A DNA stretch of 64,000 nucleotides, from NCBI GenBank assembly GCA_963707505.1, contig CAVPQB010000004.1:160001-224000 (forward strand), written 5' to 3'. The DNA is from an uncultured Gemmatimonadales bacterium (lineage in GTDB: Bacteria > Gemmatimonadota > Gemmatimonadetes > Gemmatimonadales > Gemmatimonadaceae). Shown here piece after piece: positions 30,226 through 39,717 of the stretch; within the stretch, counting starts at the first letter, position 1, and every line of letters starts with the position of its first letter. The translations under genes were made by a program, and so were the position numbers. The notes beneath the pieces are model-generated. The model made no database searches. It saw only the letters and a program-made list of their open reading frames with translations, and was not told the origin of the DNA.

Positions 30226-30942
30226 ATGGAGATCCACAAACCACATCCCATTCACAGTTGGCGCGAGTTGCTGAAAGAGGTGGGGATCATCGTGCTCGGC
30301 GTCTTGATCGCGCTCGGCGCGGAACAGAGCGTCGTTGCGCTGCGCGAGCGCCATGCAGCTGACGAAGCGCGCCGAAACGTTCTCGCAGAGGTGCAACTCA
30401 ATCTCGGATTCATCCGCGATCGAGTGAGCAATGAGCCCTGCATTGACCGGCGGATCGACGAGCTGGCCGCTCTGCTCGCCCGCGCGCGCGACGGAGCGCT
30501 CGATCCCGCGCCGACCTGGATTGGACGTCCTAGCATCGACCCCGTCTTCAGCGAGCGCTGGCAGTCCGCCACCGCAAGTGGCCGCTCCAGCCTCTTCGAT
30601 CCCGCGGAGCAGGGCAATTTCGACCTTCTGTACAGCCTCTTGGCCCGCGTCAACGCGCACGAAACGCACGAACAGGTGGCGTGGACGCAACTGCGCACGC
30701 TCGAAACGTGGCCCGGCCCACTCGGCCCGGCCGCACGCCTCGCATTCGCCCAAGCCCTTCAGGAGGCCAGGTACGAAGCGTGGGACCTGAAGCAGGATGC
30801 CGCGTTCGCACTCGGGACTGGCAAATCGCTGGGGATCGAGCTGCCGAAAGCTAGCCATGTGACGACTTCGATCTGCCTTCCGCTCAACACGACGCGGGCG
30901 GATGCAGTTCGCCGCCTCGGGACTCCGTGGGGCGAGCCCTGA
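30226..30942 (+). CDS. Hypothetical single-TM protein, 'MEIHKP' paralogue 1
   Basis: MEIHKPHPIHSWRELLKEVGIIVLGVLIALGAEQ; paralogue at 34756. Confidence 0.8.
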   Translation: MEIHKPHPIHSWRELLKEVGIIVLGVLIALGAEQSVVALRERHAADEARRNVLAEVQLNLGFIRDRVSNEPCIDRRIDELAALLARARDGALDPAPTWIGRPSIDPVFSERWQSATASGRSSLFDPAEQGNFDLLYSLLARVNAHETHEQVAWTQLRTLETWPGPLGPAARLAFAQALQEARYEAWDLKQDAAFALGTGKSLGIELPKASHVTTSICLPLNTTRADAVRRLGTPWGEP

Positions 30943-31200
30943 AGCGTAGTGACCGTGTAACGCCTTGCGTCGTCCGCGGCTGCCGCGGATATTCTGCCCG
31001 GCGGTGCCACTCATCCTCCTGAGCCGAGCGCACACATAGCCACGTCCGCTGAACCAGGATCTGTATGACGCTCCACGAACTCTTCGAGAAGGCTCGCGCT
31101 CGTTGAGTACGTCGGTGACGCGAGTACTGGACTTCTCACATAGTCATCCCTTAATGGCGTGCAGTTACAAGGCCGGTCTATTGCTCCGCGCGCACCCCGC

Positions 31201-33857
31201 ATGAACGCGGACGCCGTCAACCTCGAGCGTCTGATGGGCGCCCTCGCCGACCGTTACGCGATCGAGCGCGAGCTTGGGCAGGGTGGAATGGCCACGGTCT
31301 ACCTGGCACGCGACCTGAAGCACGACCGGCATGTCGCGGTGAAGGTGCTTCACCCGGATCTGGCTGCTGTCGTGGGTGCTGCCCGTTTCCTCGCCGAGAT
31401 TCGGACGACGGCAAATCTGCAGCATCCACACATCCTCCCACTTCACGATTCGGGTGACGCCGATGGATATCTCTTCTACGTCATGCCGTACGTGGACGGG
31501 GAAACGCTTCGCACCCGGCTCACCCGCGAACGTCAGCTTCCGATCGCCGATGCGGTGAGGATCGCACGCGAGGTGGCAAGCGCGCTCGATTACGCACATC
31601 GTCATGGTGTTATCCACCGCGACGTGAAGCCTGAGAACGTGCTGCTTCACGACGGCAGTGCACTCGTAGCTGATTTCGGTATCGCACTCGCAGTGCAGCA
31701 GGCTGGTGGCGTTCGCATGACACAGACCGGCCTGTCGCTCGGCACTCCGCAGTACATGTCGCCCGAGCAGGCCATGGGTGAGAAGACCATCGATGCGCGC
31801 ACCGACATCTACGCCCTCGGCGCCGTGACATACGAAATGCTCTGCGGCGACCCGCCGTTCACCGGTTCGAGCGTGCAGGCGATAGTCGCGAAAATGATGA
31901 CTGAGCGTCCCACACCGCTCAGCACTCTGCGCGACACCGTGCCGGCGAATGTTGAGGATGCTGTACTGACCGCACTCGCAAAGTTGCCCGCCGATCGCTT
32001 CACCAGCGCGGCACACTTCGCGGACGCGCTCGTCGTCGTGGAGGCGCGCGGCTCAACGGGAGTATCACGCGCGCAATCGCCAAGCGCAACGCGCTCGCGG
32101 AGGCTGGTGGGTGGCCATCGCAGCCGCGCTCATGCTCGGAGCCGCGGCCGGAGTCTGGGGATCATGGCTGCGGCGTCCGAGTGCTGACGATGCTGTGCTC
32201 CGAACGATGATTGCCTTTCCATCGGGACAGGCGGTCGAGGCCGCGCCTCAGGGGAACAGCTTTGTCCTCTCCCGCGATGGAACCGTCCTCGTCTACTGGG
32301 GACCGTCGACCGGCGATAGCCATCATGCTCTGGTCGCGTCGGCTCGACCAGCTTAACGCGACCCCGATTCGCGGCACCGAAGGCGGTGTGCTGCCTGTTC
32401 TCTCGCCCGACGCGCGACAGGTGGCGTTCGAGAAGTTGACCGACCGCAAGATACGAGTCGTTCCGATCGAAGGAGGCGTGCCACGGATCGTCGTCGACTC
32501 GGCCCGTCGCGGCGGACTCGATTGGGCGGCGGATGGGAAACTGTATTATCGGGCGACGAGCGACGGCCTGAACCGCGTTCCCGCCGCGGGCGGAGTTTCG
32601 GAAACGCTGATTCAACCACCAACCGACGCGGGTGTCGGCATGGGCTACTTCTGGCCGCAGGTGCTCCCCGGTGGCGATGCGCTCATCGCGTCGTTTCGCC
32701 CGTCGAGCGGCGACAATGAAGCGTCGCGCATTGTCGCGATCCCGCCGGGCAGCCAAAAGTCCGTCGACATCGTCGCCGGCGTCTACGCTCGATACGCGCC
32801 GACGGGCCAGCTGGTGTGGGCCACTGCCGACGGAGCGGTCTACTCGGCGCCATTCAACACGCGTACCTTCGCGATCGGTGCGCCGACGCGAGTGCTCGAG
32901 CACGTCCGGGTCGAGAGCGCATTCGGATCTGCGGATTTCAGTTTCTCGGATCGTGGCCGGCTCTTGTATCAGCTCGGCGACGCGAGCGGTGGTGATCTGG
33001 TCTGGGTCTCGCGTGCGGGGACGATCACGCCGCTGGGCGTCGACGGGATGCAGGCGGGACTGGGGGGTGGCATGGGAATCTCTCCCGATGGCCGGTCGCT
33101 CGGTGTAAGCCGCGTGTCGGGCGGGGAGGAGGACATCTGGGTAAAGGCTCTTCCGGATGGAGCGCTCACACGCCTCACGACATCCGACTCGCCGGACATT
33201 TGGAGCGGCTGGACCCCCGATGGCCGCTACATCGCATTCATTCGGCGCGGAGTACTCTACCAGCGGGCAGCGGATGGAACCGGTAACGACAGTTTAGTCT
33301 TGCGTCGCCCCACGCCGATCATGGATGCGTCCTGGAGTCCGGACGGGCAGTGGATCGCAATCGTTGAAGCACCGACTCACATCGCGCTTGTGCGGCGCGG
33401 CGACTCGACGGCTCGCGTACTCTCGGAAGGCGCACGGTTCGCGGAGGATGGGCCAACCTTCTCGCCCGATTCGCGCTGGCTCGCGTACGCGTCGACCGAA
33501 TCCGGGCAGTCGGAAGTGTACGTCCGACCGTTCCCCGATGTGAACGCGGGCAAGTGGCAGGTCTCGATCGGTGGAGGTGGCGCGCCGCGCTGGTCACACT
33601 CAGGACATGAGCTCTTCTATCGGACCAAGGGCTCTCGTCTCATGTCCGCCGCGGTCCGAACGTCGCCCGAGTTCGGCGTCATCCGTCGCGACTCGCTTAC
33701 GCCGGCTGCGACCCAAGCGGTTGGCATCAGCGCCGACCCATTCGCGGTCGGTATGAACGATCAGCAATTCCTCGTCATTCGCTCGCGCGACCAGGGTCAG
33801 GGTCTGGTGCTCGTCGAGCATTGGTTCGACGATCTCGCGCACCAGTCTGGTCCGTAG
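31201..33857 (+). CDS. Ser/Thr protein kinase with TM helix and PD40 propeller (frameshifts near 32110 and 32320)
   Basis: GQGGMATVY, HRDVKPEN, DFG, GTPQYMSPEQ; FSPDSRWLAYASTESGQSEVYVRPFP...KWQVSIGGG..PRWS. Confidence 0.92.
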
Positions 33858-34044
33858 CTGTGTGCACATCACGTGACGTGGGGTGTGACTATGCCTCAAA
33901 CAGCGCTCACTTTGCGCGCACAGAGTTGATCTGCGTGTCGCGGCATGACCACGACTCTGACGTGGCTTGCAGTCGTGTGGGGCCGCTGCTGGTCACAACT
34001 GTCCGGTTGCCGCACCAGCCACGAAATCGTACGTTGGTGTCTCG

Positions 34045-34718
34045 ATGACATCCACCGCCGATCCGCTCGACACGCTGCGCAGCGCGCTCGCGGACCGCTA
34101 CACGATCGAGCGCGAGCTTGGCGCGGGTGGCATGGCGACGGTGTATCTCGCGGAAGACATCAAGCACCATCGCAAGGTTGCGATCAAGGTGCTGCACGCG
34201 ATCTCCTTTTCTCCGGACGGACGCTATCTACTTGTCGAACTCGCGTTGACGCAACCAGATGCGTCGCGCGTTCGGGCATACGCGGTCCCACTCAGCAAAA
34301 CCGGAGGCGCCGCGACCCAGCCGATCCCGGTTCTCGAAGGGCCGGCGATGTTCACGCCCACCGTCTCACCGAACGGCAAGTGGCTCGCGTACACGACCAC
34401 GGCGGGCAATCGGCTGGAGGTGTCAGTGCGTTCCTTCCCGGCCGGCAACTCTTCTACCGAATCCACAGCACGTTCAGGGTCGCGACGCTCGACCTTCGCG
34501 GCGCCATGCCGCGTGTCGTTCGCACCGACTCGCTCTTCACGAGCGATGCAGCAGAGCAGCTTGTCAACCGCAACTATGACGTGCAGGGTGACGGCAAGCG
34601 CTTCGTCGTGGCGCGAGACGCGGGCGACGGTGCCAAGCTCATCGTGGTGACTAACGGTCCCGGTGAAGTTCTGACGAAAATCCGTGAACAGTCGCACGGC
34701 GTCGAGCATGCCCGGTGA
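34045..34718 (+). pseudogene. Kinase-propeller gene relic with large internal deletions
   Basis: The first ~52 kinase residues (to VAIKVLHA) are fused to late propeller blades (SFSPDG, VSPNGKWLAY...VRSFP), then jump to RQLFYR...NYDV..DGKRFVV. Confidence 0.85.
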
Positions 34719-34755
34719 GCGACTCTGCATCTCAACTCGAGAGCGTGAGGCGCCG

Positions 34756-35523
34756 ATGGAAATCCACAAGCCAAACCCGATCCACAACTTCCGCGAGTTT
34801 CTGAAGGAAGTCGGCATCATCGTGCTCGGCGTGCTCATCGCGCTCGGCGCAGAGCAGACGGTCGAGGCACTGCACTGGCGCGCCAAGGTGCACGAGTCAG
34901 AACAGGCGATGCGAATCGAGCTCCGTGACGACGATGGACCGCAGGCGTTCACCCGCGCGGCGATCGAAGCATGCCTCGACCATCAACTCGATACCATTCA
35001 GGCCGCGGTGGAAGGTGGACGCGACCGCCGCGCGATCGCCGCTCTCGCAGACGCGTACACGCCGCCGACGCGCACGTGGGATGCGGAAGCTTGGCGCACC
35101 GCCGTCGCGTCAGATGCAGCGTCGCACACGTCGGCTGATCGCATGGTGACGTGGTCCAAGCCTTATCGGCTGCTGCCGGTGCTCGAAGCGACGAACCTCG
35201 CGGAGAACTCGGAGCGAATAGAGCTTCAGCCGACGCGCCGAGCTGGAGGACCGCTCTCAGGTGCCGAGCAGGACCGGATGCTGTCCGCCGTCGCGAGACT
35301 TCGCGAGGCGAACCACATGATGGCCAGCTGGTCCCGGGCCACCCTGCTCGGCCTTTCTAGAAACAAAATCGCCGTTGCGCGGGACAATCAGGCGCGCATC
35401 CTTGCCGGCTTTCGCAATCGATACGGCAGCTGCGTCGTCGCGCCGTCATTCAGCGGCGTCGACCCCACCGACCAGCTGCGGGATGCGGCGGGTGACAGGC
35501 CAGCAACTTCACTCAGTCGCTGA
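34756..35523 (+). CDS. Hypothetical single-TM protein, 'MEIHKP' paralogue 2
   Basis: MEIHKPNPIHNFREFLKEVGIIVLGVLIALGAEQ; GAGG RBS. Confidence 0.8.
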   Translation: MEIHKPNPIHNFREFLKEVGIIVLGVLIALGAEQTVEALHWRAKVHESEQAMRIELRDDDGPQAFTRAAIEACLDHQLDTIQAAVEGGRDRRAIAALADAYTPPTRTWDAEAWRTAVASDAASHTSADRMVTWSKPYRLLPVLEATNLAENSERIELQPTRRAGGPLSGAEQDRMLSAVARLREANHMMASWSRATLLGLSRNKIAVARDNQARILAGFRNRYGSCVVAPSFSGVDPTDQLRDAAGDRPATSLSR

Positions 35524-35547
35524 ATCTCGTGAGCGCCGATCGGCTTT

Positions 35548-35610
35548 GAGCATGCGGGCACCCTTGTTCGCGAGAAACTCGCGCGCTGTGAACGCGGGCT
35601 CCTTCAGCTC
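35548..35610 (-). pseudogene. queG: Displaced queG 3'-end copy 4 (short, diverged)
   Basis: ELKEPAFTAREFLANKGARML vs QueG DATEVAFAAREVIAGKDARTL and copy 1 DATKPAFAAREVVRETDARTL. Confidence 0.65.
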
Positions 35611-35714
35611 GTGTTCTGATCCTGCTCTCGGACGTGTGGCCACGCTGGCGGTGACGTGCCCGCCCGGTATATTCGCCCGACTACGTTTCCCTCCCGGCCA
35701 CTCCAGACGCAGTC

Positions 35715-35948
35715 ATGCCCGACCTCCTCCGCGACCAGCTCCAGACCGCGCTCGGACTGGCCTACACGCTCGAGCGCGAGCTCGGCGGTGGCGGGATGTC
35801 GCGCGTGTTCGTCGCGCGCGACGAAGCATTGGGTCGTGATGTCGTGGTCAAGGTCATCGCACCGGGGAAGGCGGAGGGGCTCAGTGCTGAGCGGTTCGCG
35901 CTCGAGCCGGCGCGCGTTGCACCGCGCACTGCTGTGATCGCTCGATGA
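35715..35948 (+). pseudogene. N-terminal fragment of a Ser/Thr kinase of a different subfamily
   Basis: MPDLLRDQLQTALGLAYTLERELGGGGMSRVFVARDEALGRDVVVKV...LSAERFALE, then truncated. Confidence 0.88.
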
Positions 35949-38596
35949 TCTCGATTCCGGACCGCCTGAGTGCCGCGCTTTCAGATCGCTACACCATCGA
36001 GCGCGAGCTTGGCGCGGGCGGCATGGCGACTGTGTATCTCGCGGAAGACGTCAAGCATCATCGCAAGGTCGCGATCAAGGTGCTGCACGCGGAACTCTCC
36101 GCCATTCTCGGACCCGAGCGCTTCCTCAAGGAGATCGAGCTCACGGCGAACCTGCAGCATCCGCACATTCTGCCTTTGTTCGACTCAGGATCCGCTGACG
36201 GACTGCTCTACTACGTGATGCCGTACGTGGAGGGTGAAACGCTCCGGCGCCGGCTCGAGCGCGAGCACCAGCTCCCGATTGCCGACGCGCTACGCATCGC
36301 GACCGAGGTCGCCGACGCACTGGAGTACGCGCACAAGCGCGGTGTCGTGCATCGCGACATCAAGCCCGAGAACATTCTCCTGCACGACGGCCGCGCACTC
36401 GTCGCGGATTTCGGGATAGCGCTCGCTGTGGAGCAGGCTGGCGGACAGCGGATGACGCAGACGGGTCTCTCGCTGGGCACGCCGCAATACATGTCGCCCG
36501 AGCAGGCCATGGGCGAGCGGAATGTCGATGCTCGCACCGACATGTACGCGTTGGGAGCAGTCACGTATGAGATGCTGGTCGGTGAGCCGCCGTTCACCGG
36601 ACCGACGACGCAGGCAATCGTCGCGCGCGTCATCACGGAAGAGCCGCGCGCGCTCGTCCCGCAGCGGCGCAGCATTCCGGAATCTGTAGAGGCCGCGGTA
36701 CTCACCGCGCTGGAAAAGCTACCGGCGGATCGGTTCGGGAGCGCGGCCGAATTCGCCAGGAACCTGCAAGCCGATGGACCGGTGCAGCGTACTGGCTCAA
36801 GGCTGCGTCAGGCACCGGGCCGCGCTATTCGCGTCCCGTTCATCCTCGCACTGCTCGCCGCATCAATTGTCGTCGCTGTCGTCGCGTTCTTCGCGGGACG
36901 CCGTACCGCGACAGGAGCGCTGCCCGTCACGAGCTTTGGTCGTGCAACAAAGGTGACGTGGGATCCCGGGCTCGAGATCGCACCAGCGCTCTCGCCCGAC
37001 GGACGCAGCGTGGCATATGCATCGGGCAACATGGCAAGCATGCGGATCTTCGTGCGGCAGGTGAGCGGCGGCCGCGCTCTCGCGCTCACAGACGATTCGC
37101 TGGATGTCCAGACGGACCCGCAATGGTCGCCGGATGGCACACGGATCCTCTTCCTTGCCCAGGGTGGCGTGTTCAGCGCACCGGCGTCGGGCGGAAGCGC
37201 GCGACCGGAGCTGCCCGCGACACCAGGTGAAATCGTTGTCTCGGCTGCGTGGTCGCCAGATGGACAGGGGATCGTGTACACGATTGCCGACTCCGTGTTC
37301 ACGCGTACTGCAGCGGCACGGTCGCATCTGCTCGCGCACTTGCCCGAGCCCGCACTCTGCCGCTGGGCACCCGGCGGTGCGCTCATCGCGTGCGCTTCCG
37401 GCAACGCGTTCTACTCGCGCGTGGGCCGCTTCTTCGGCAATATGTCACCGAGTCGCGTGATGGTCATCCGCGTGCGCGACGGCGCGGTGGTCCCTGTGAC
37501 CGACAGCACGTCGATCAATCAGAGTCCGGCCTGGTCGCGCGACGGCCGCTGGCTGTACTACCTCTCCAATCGGCTCGGTCCGCGCGACATCTACGCACTC
37601 CGAATCAACAGCGACGGCCACGCCGAAGGCGCACCCGTGCGTCTTACTACCGGACTGGACGCGCACTCGATCTCGACATCGGCGGATGGGACGCACTTCG
37701 CATACGACCGCCTGGTGGAGACGTCGAACGTCTGGTCGCTGCCATTTCCGCCGCGTGGCGCGAGCGAGGCTAGCGCCACGCAGGTGACCAGCGGGACACA
37801 GGTGGTGGAGGAAGCCGAGCCGTCAGTGGACGGCAGGTGGCTGTACTACGACTCCAATGTGAGCGGGACGTCCGAGCTCTACCGGATGCGTCTTCCGCGC
37901 GGCGTGCCGGAGCAGCTCACGTTCGATAGCACCGACGATTTCTCGCCTATGCCATCGCCAGACGGCACAAAGGTGGCCTTTCATTCCTGGCGCTCGGGAT
38001 CGCGCGACATCTACGTGCTCCCGCTCGACGGCGGTCCCGTGCAGACGGTCACGAGGTCGCCCGCACAGGAGTCGAAGCCGCAGTGGTCCCCGGACGGCAA
38101 GTCGATCACGTACACACTGTACGGCGGCGGCGGCGTCTACATCGTGCACCAGAATCCGAACGGCACGTGGGGAACACCGACCAATCGCACGAAGCTCGCC
38201 GCTACGTCCTACCTCACATCGTGGCCAACCTGGTCTCCCGACGGTCACTGGATCGCGTACAGCAATGCTCTGCTGGGCGGATCGTTGTTCATGATCGACC
38301 CCGACTCCGGTGCGCAACACACCATGCTCGACTCAGCGAAGAGCCGGATGGACGCAGAGTACCCCGTTTGGAGTGCCGACAGCCGCACGCTGTATTTCAA
38401 GTCGCACGACGCGAAAGGAAACGCGGAATTCTGGTCCATGCCGATCAACGGCGGCGCGCCGACGCTGCTTGCGCATTTCGATGACCCCGACCGTCCGTCG
38501 TATCGCCCCGAATGGAGCATCGGCGCTGGTCGCATGTACTTCACGATCGCCGACCTTCAGAGCGACGTCTGGGTAATGCAGACGTCGCCGCAGTGA
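35945..38596 (+). CDS. Ser/Thr protein kinase with TM helix and TolB-like/PD40 propellers (intact)
   Basis: 883-aa ORF; GAGGMATVY, HRDIKPEN, DFG, GTPQYMSPEQ; many PxWSPDG repeats. Confidence 0.95.
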   Translation: MISIPDRLSAALSDRYTIERELGAGGMATVYLAEDVKHHRKVAIKVLHAELSAILGPERFLKEIELTANLQHPHILPLFDSGSADGLLYYVMPYVEGETLRRRLEREHQLPIADALRIATEVADALEYAHKRGVVHRDIKPENILLHDGRALVADFGIALAVEQAGGQRMTQTGLSLGTPQYMSPEQAMGERNVDARTDMYALGAVTYEMLVGEPPFTGPTTQAIVARVITEEPRALVPQRRSIPESVEAAVLTALEKLPADRFGSAAEFARNLQADGPVQRTGSRLRQAPGRAIRVPFILALLAASIVVAVVAFFAGRRTATGALPVTSFGRATKVTWDPGLEIAPALSPDGRSVAYASGNMASMRIFVRQVSGGRALALTDDSLDVQTDPQWSPDGTRILFLAQGGVFSAPASGGSARPELPATPGEIVVSAAWSPDGQGIVYTIADSVFTRTAAARSHLLAHLPEPALCRWAPGGALIACASGNAFYSRVGRFFGNMSPSRVMVIRVRDGAVVPVTDSTSINQSPAWSRDGRWLYYLSNRLGPRDIYALRINSDGHAEGAPVRLTTGLDAHSISTSADGTHFAYDRLVETSNVWSLPFPPRGASEASATQVTSGTQVVEEAEPSVDGRWLYYDSNVSGTSELYRMRLPRGVPEQLTFDSTDDFSPMPSPDGTKVAFHSWRSGSRDIYVLPLDGGPVQTVTRSPAQESKPQWSPDGKSITYTLYGGGGVYIVHQNPNGTWGTPTNRTKLAATSYLTSWPTWSPDGHWIAYSNALLGGSLFMIDPDSGAQHTMLDSAKSRMDAEYPVWSADSRTLYFKSHDAKGNAEFWSMPINGGAPTLLAHFDDPDRPSYRPEWSIGAGRMYFTIADLQSDVWVMQTSPQ

Positions 38597-38736
38597 GCAG
38601 AAAGCGATCAGTTGATTCGCGAAGCCTCCGAAAAAAATAAGCGATATCTGAGTGCCACGATTGTGCTCGTCGCTGGACTCGCAACAGTCGGCACGAGAAC
38701 GGCTCACGCGGCGCCCGCTCCTCAGCCAGTTGCTGC

Positions 38737-39708
38737 TCAGCTGTCGTTTGATCTCGCTTTGAAGTGTTCCAATACCACTCGCGCATTCCGCTGCAAACCC
38801 GCGAGTTTCGCGCGCTTCACCGGCGACTTGCGGAACGCGGCGCTGAACTCTTCCTGCGACATCGCGAGCAGCTCTGTCGCGAGCGTCCGCGCATCCTTCC
38901 CGGCGATCACCTCACGCGCCGCGAACGCCACCTCCGTCGCATCCCTCGAAAACTTCACGTTCCACGGACACACGTCCTGACAAACATCGCACCCATACAG
39001 ATGCTCGCCAATCGCCTCGCGTAACGTTTCCGCAATCGGTCCCTTCTGCTCGATCGTCTGATACGAAATGCACCTCGTCGCATCCAGCACCCGCGGCGCG
39101 ACGAACGCGTTCGTCGGACACGCATCGAGACATCGTGTGCAACTTCCGCATCGGTCCATCTCGAATGGATCGTCAGCACGCAGCTCGAGATCCAGCAGCA
39201 GCTCACCGAGGAAGAAGAACGAGCCAAGCTCTGGATTGATCAGATTGGTGTTCTTTCCGAACCAGCCGAGTCCCGCGCGTCGCGCGAGATCGCGCTCCAG
39301 TATCGGACCGGTATCGACGTACGGCTTGCCGCGCACCGAATGGCCTGTCTCACTCTCGATCCACTGGTGCAGCTCGTTCAGCCTGTCGATCATCAGATCG
39401 TGGTAATCATCACCACGCGCATAACGCGCTACGGGTCCGGGCGGTTGCGTGCCGCCGTAATTCATCGCGACGACGACTGCGCTCCGTACTCCCTCGAATG
39501 GTCTCCGCGTGTCGCGACGCTTCTCGGCGCCGCGCTCCAGATATCCCATCTCGCCGGCGTAACCGGCGCTGATCCATTCGTCGAACCGATCGGCAGTTTC
39601 GACTTCACCCAGCGTTGCGATGCCGCAGAGATCGAAGCCGAGCTCGCGGGCGCGCACCTTGATGCGGCTTTCGATATCCATCGGCGTTTCCATCCCATGC
39701 TCGGTCAC
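38737..39708 (-). CDS. queG: tRNA epoxyqueuosine(34) reductase QueG
   Basis: ARYARGDDYH, YVDTGPILERDLARRAGLGWFGKN, GSFFFLGEL, CGSCTRCLDACPT, RCISY, YGCDVCQDVCPWN. Confidence 0.97.
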   Translation of the reverse strand: MTEHGMETPMDIESRIKVRARELGFDLCGIATLGEVETADRFDEWISAGYAGEMGYLERGAEKRRDTRRPFEGVRSAVVVAMNYGGTQPPGPVARYARGDDYHDLMIDRLNELHQWIESETGHSVRGKPYVDTGPILERDLARRAGLGWFGKNTNLINPELGSFFFLGELLLDLELRADDPFEMDRCGSCTRCLDACPTNAFVAPRVLDATRCISYQTIEQKGPIAETLREAIGEHLYGCDVCQDVCPWNVKFSRDATEVAFAAREVIAGKDARTLATELLAMSQEEFSAAFRKSPVKRAKLAGLQRNARVVLEHFKARSNDS

Positions 39709-39717
39709 ATGTGGAAT

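Noticed and set aside
3066..38975. queG or kinase fragments as DGR template/variable repeats
   Set aside because: No reverse transcriptase in the window, and differences between copies are not restricted to adenines
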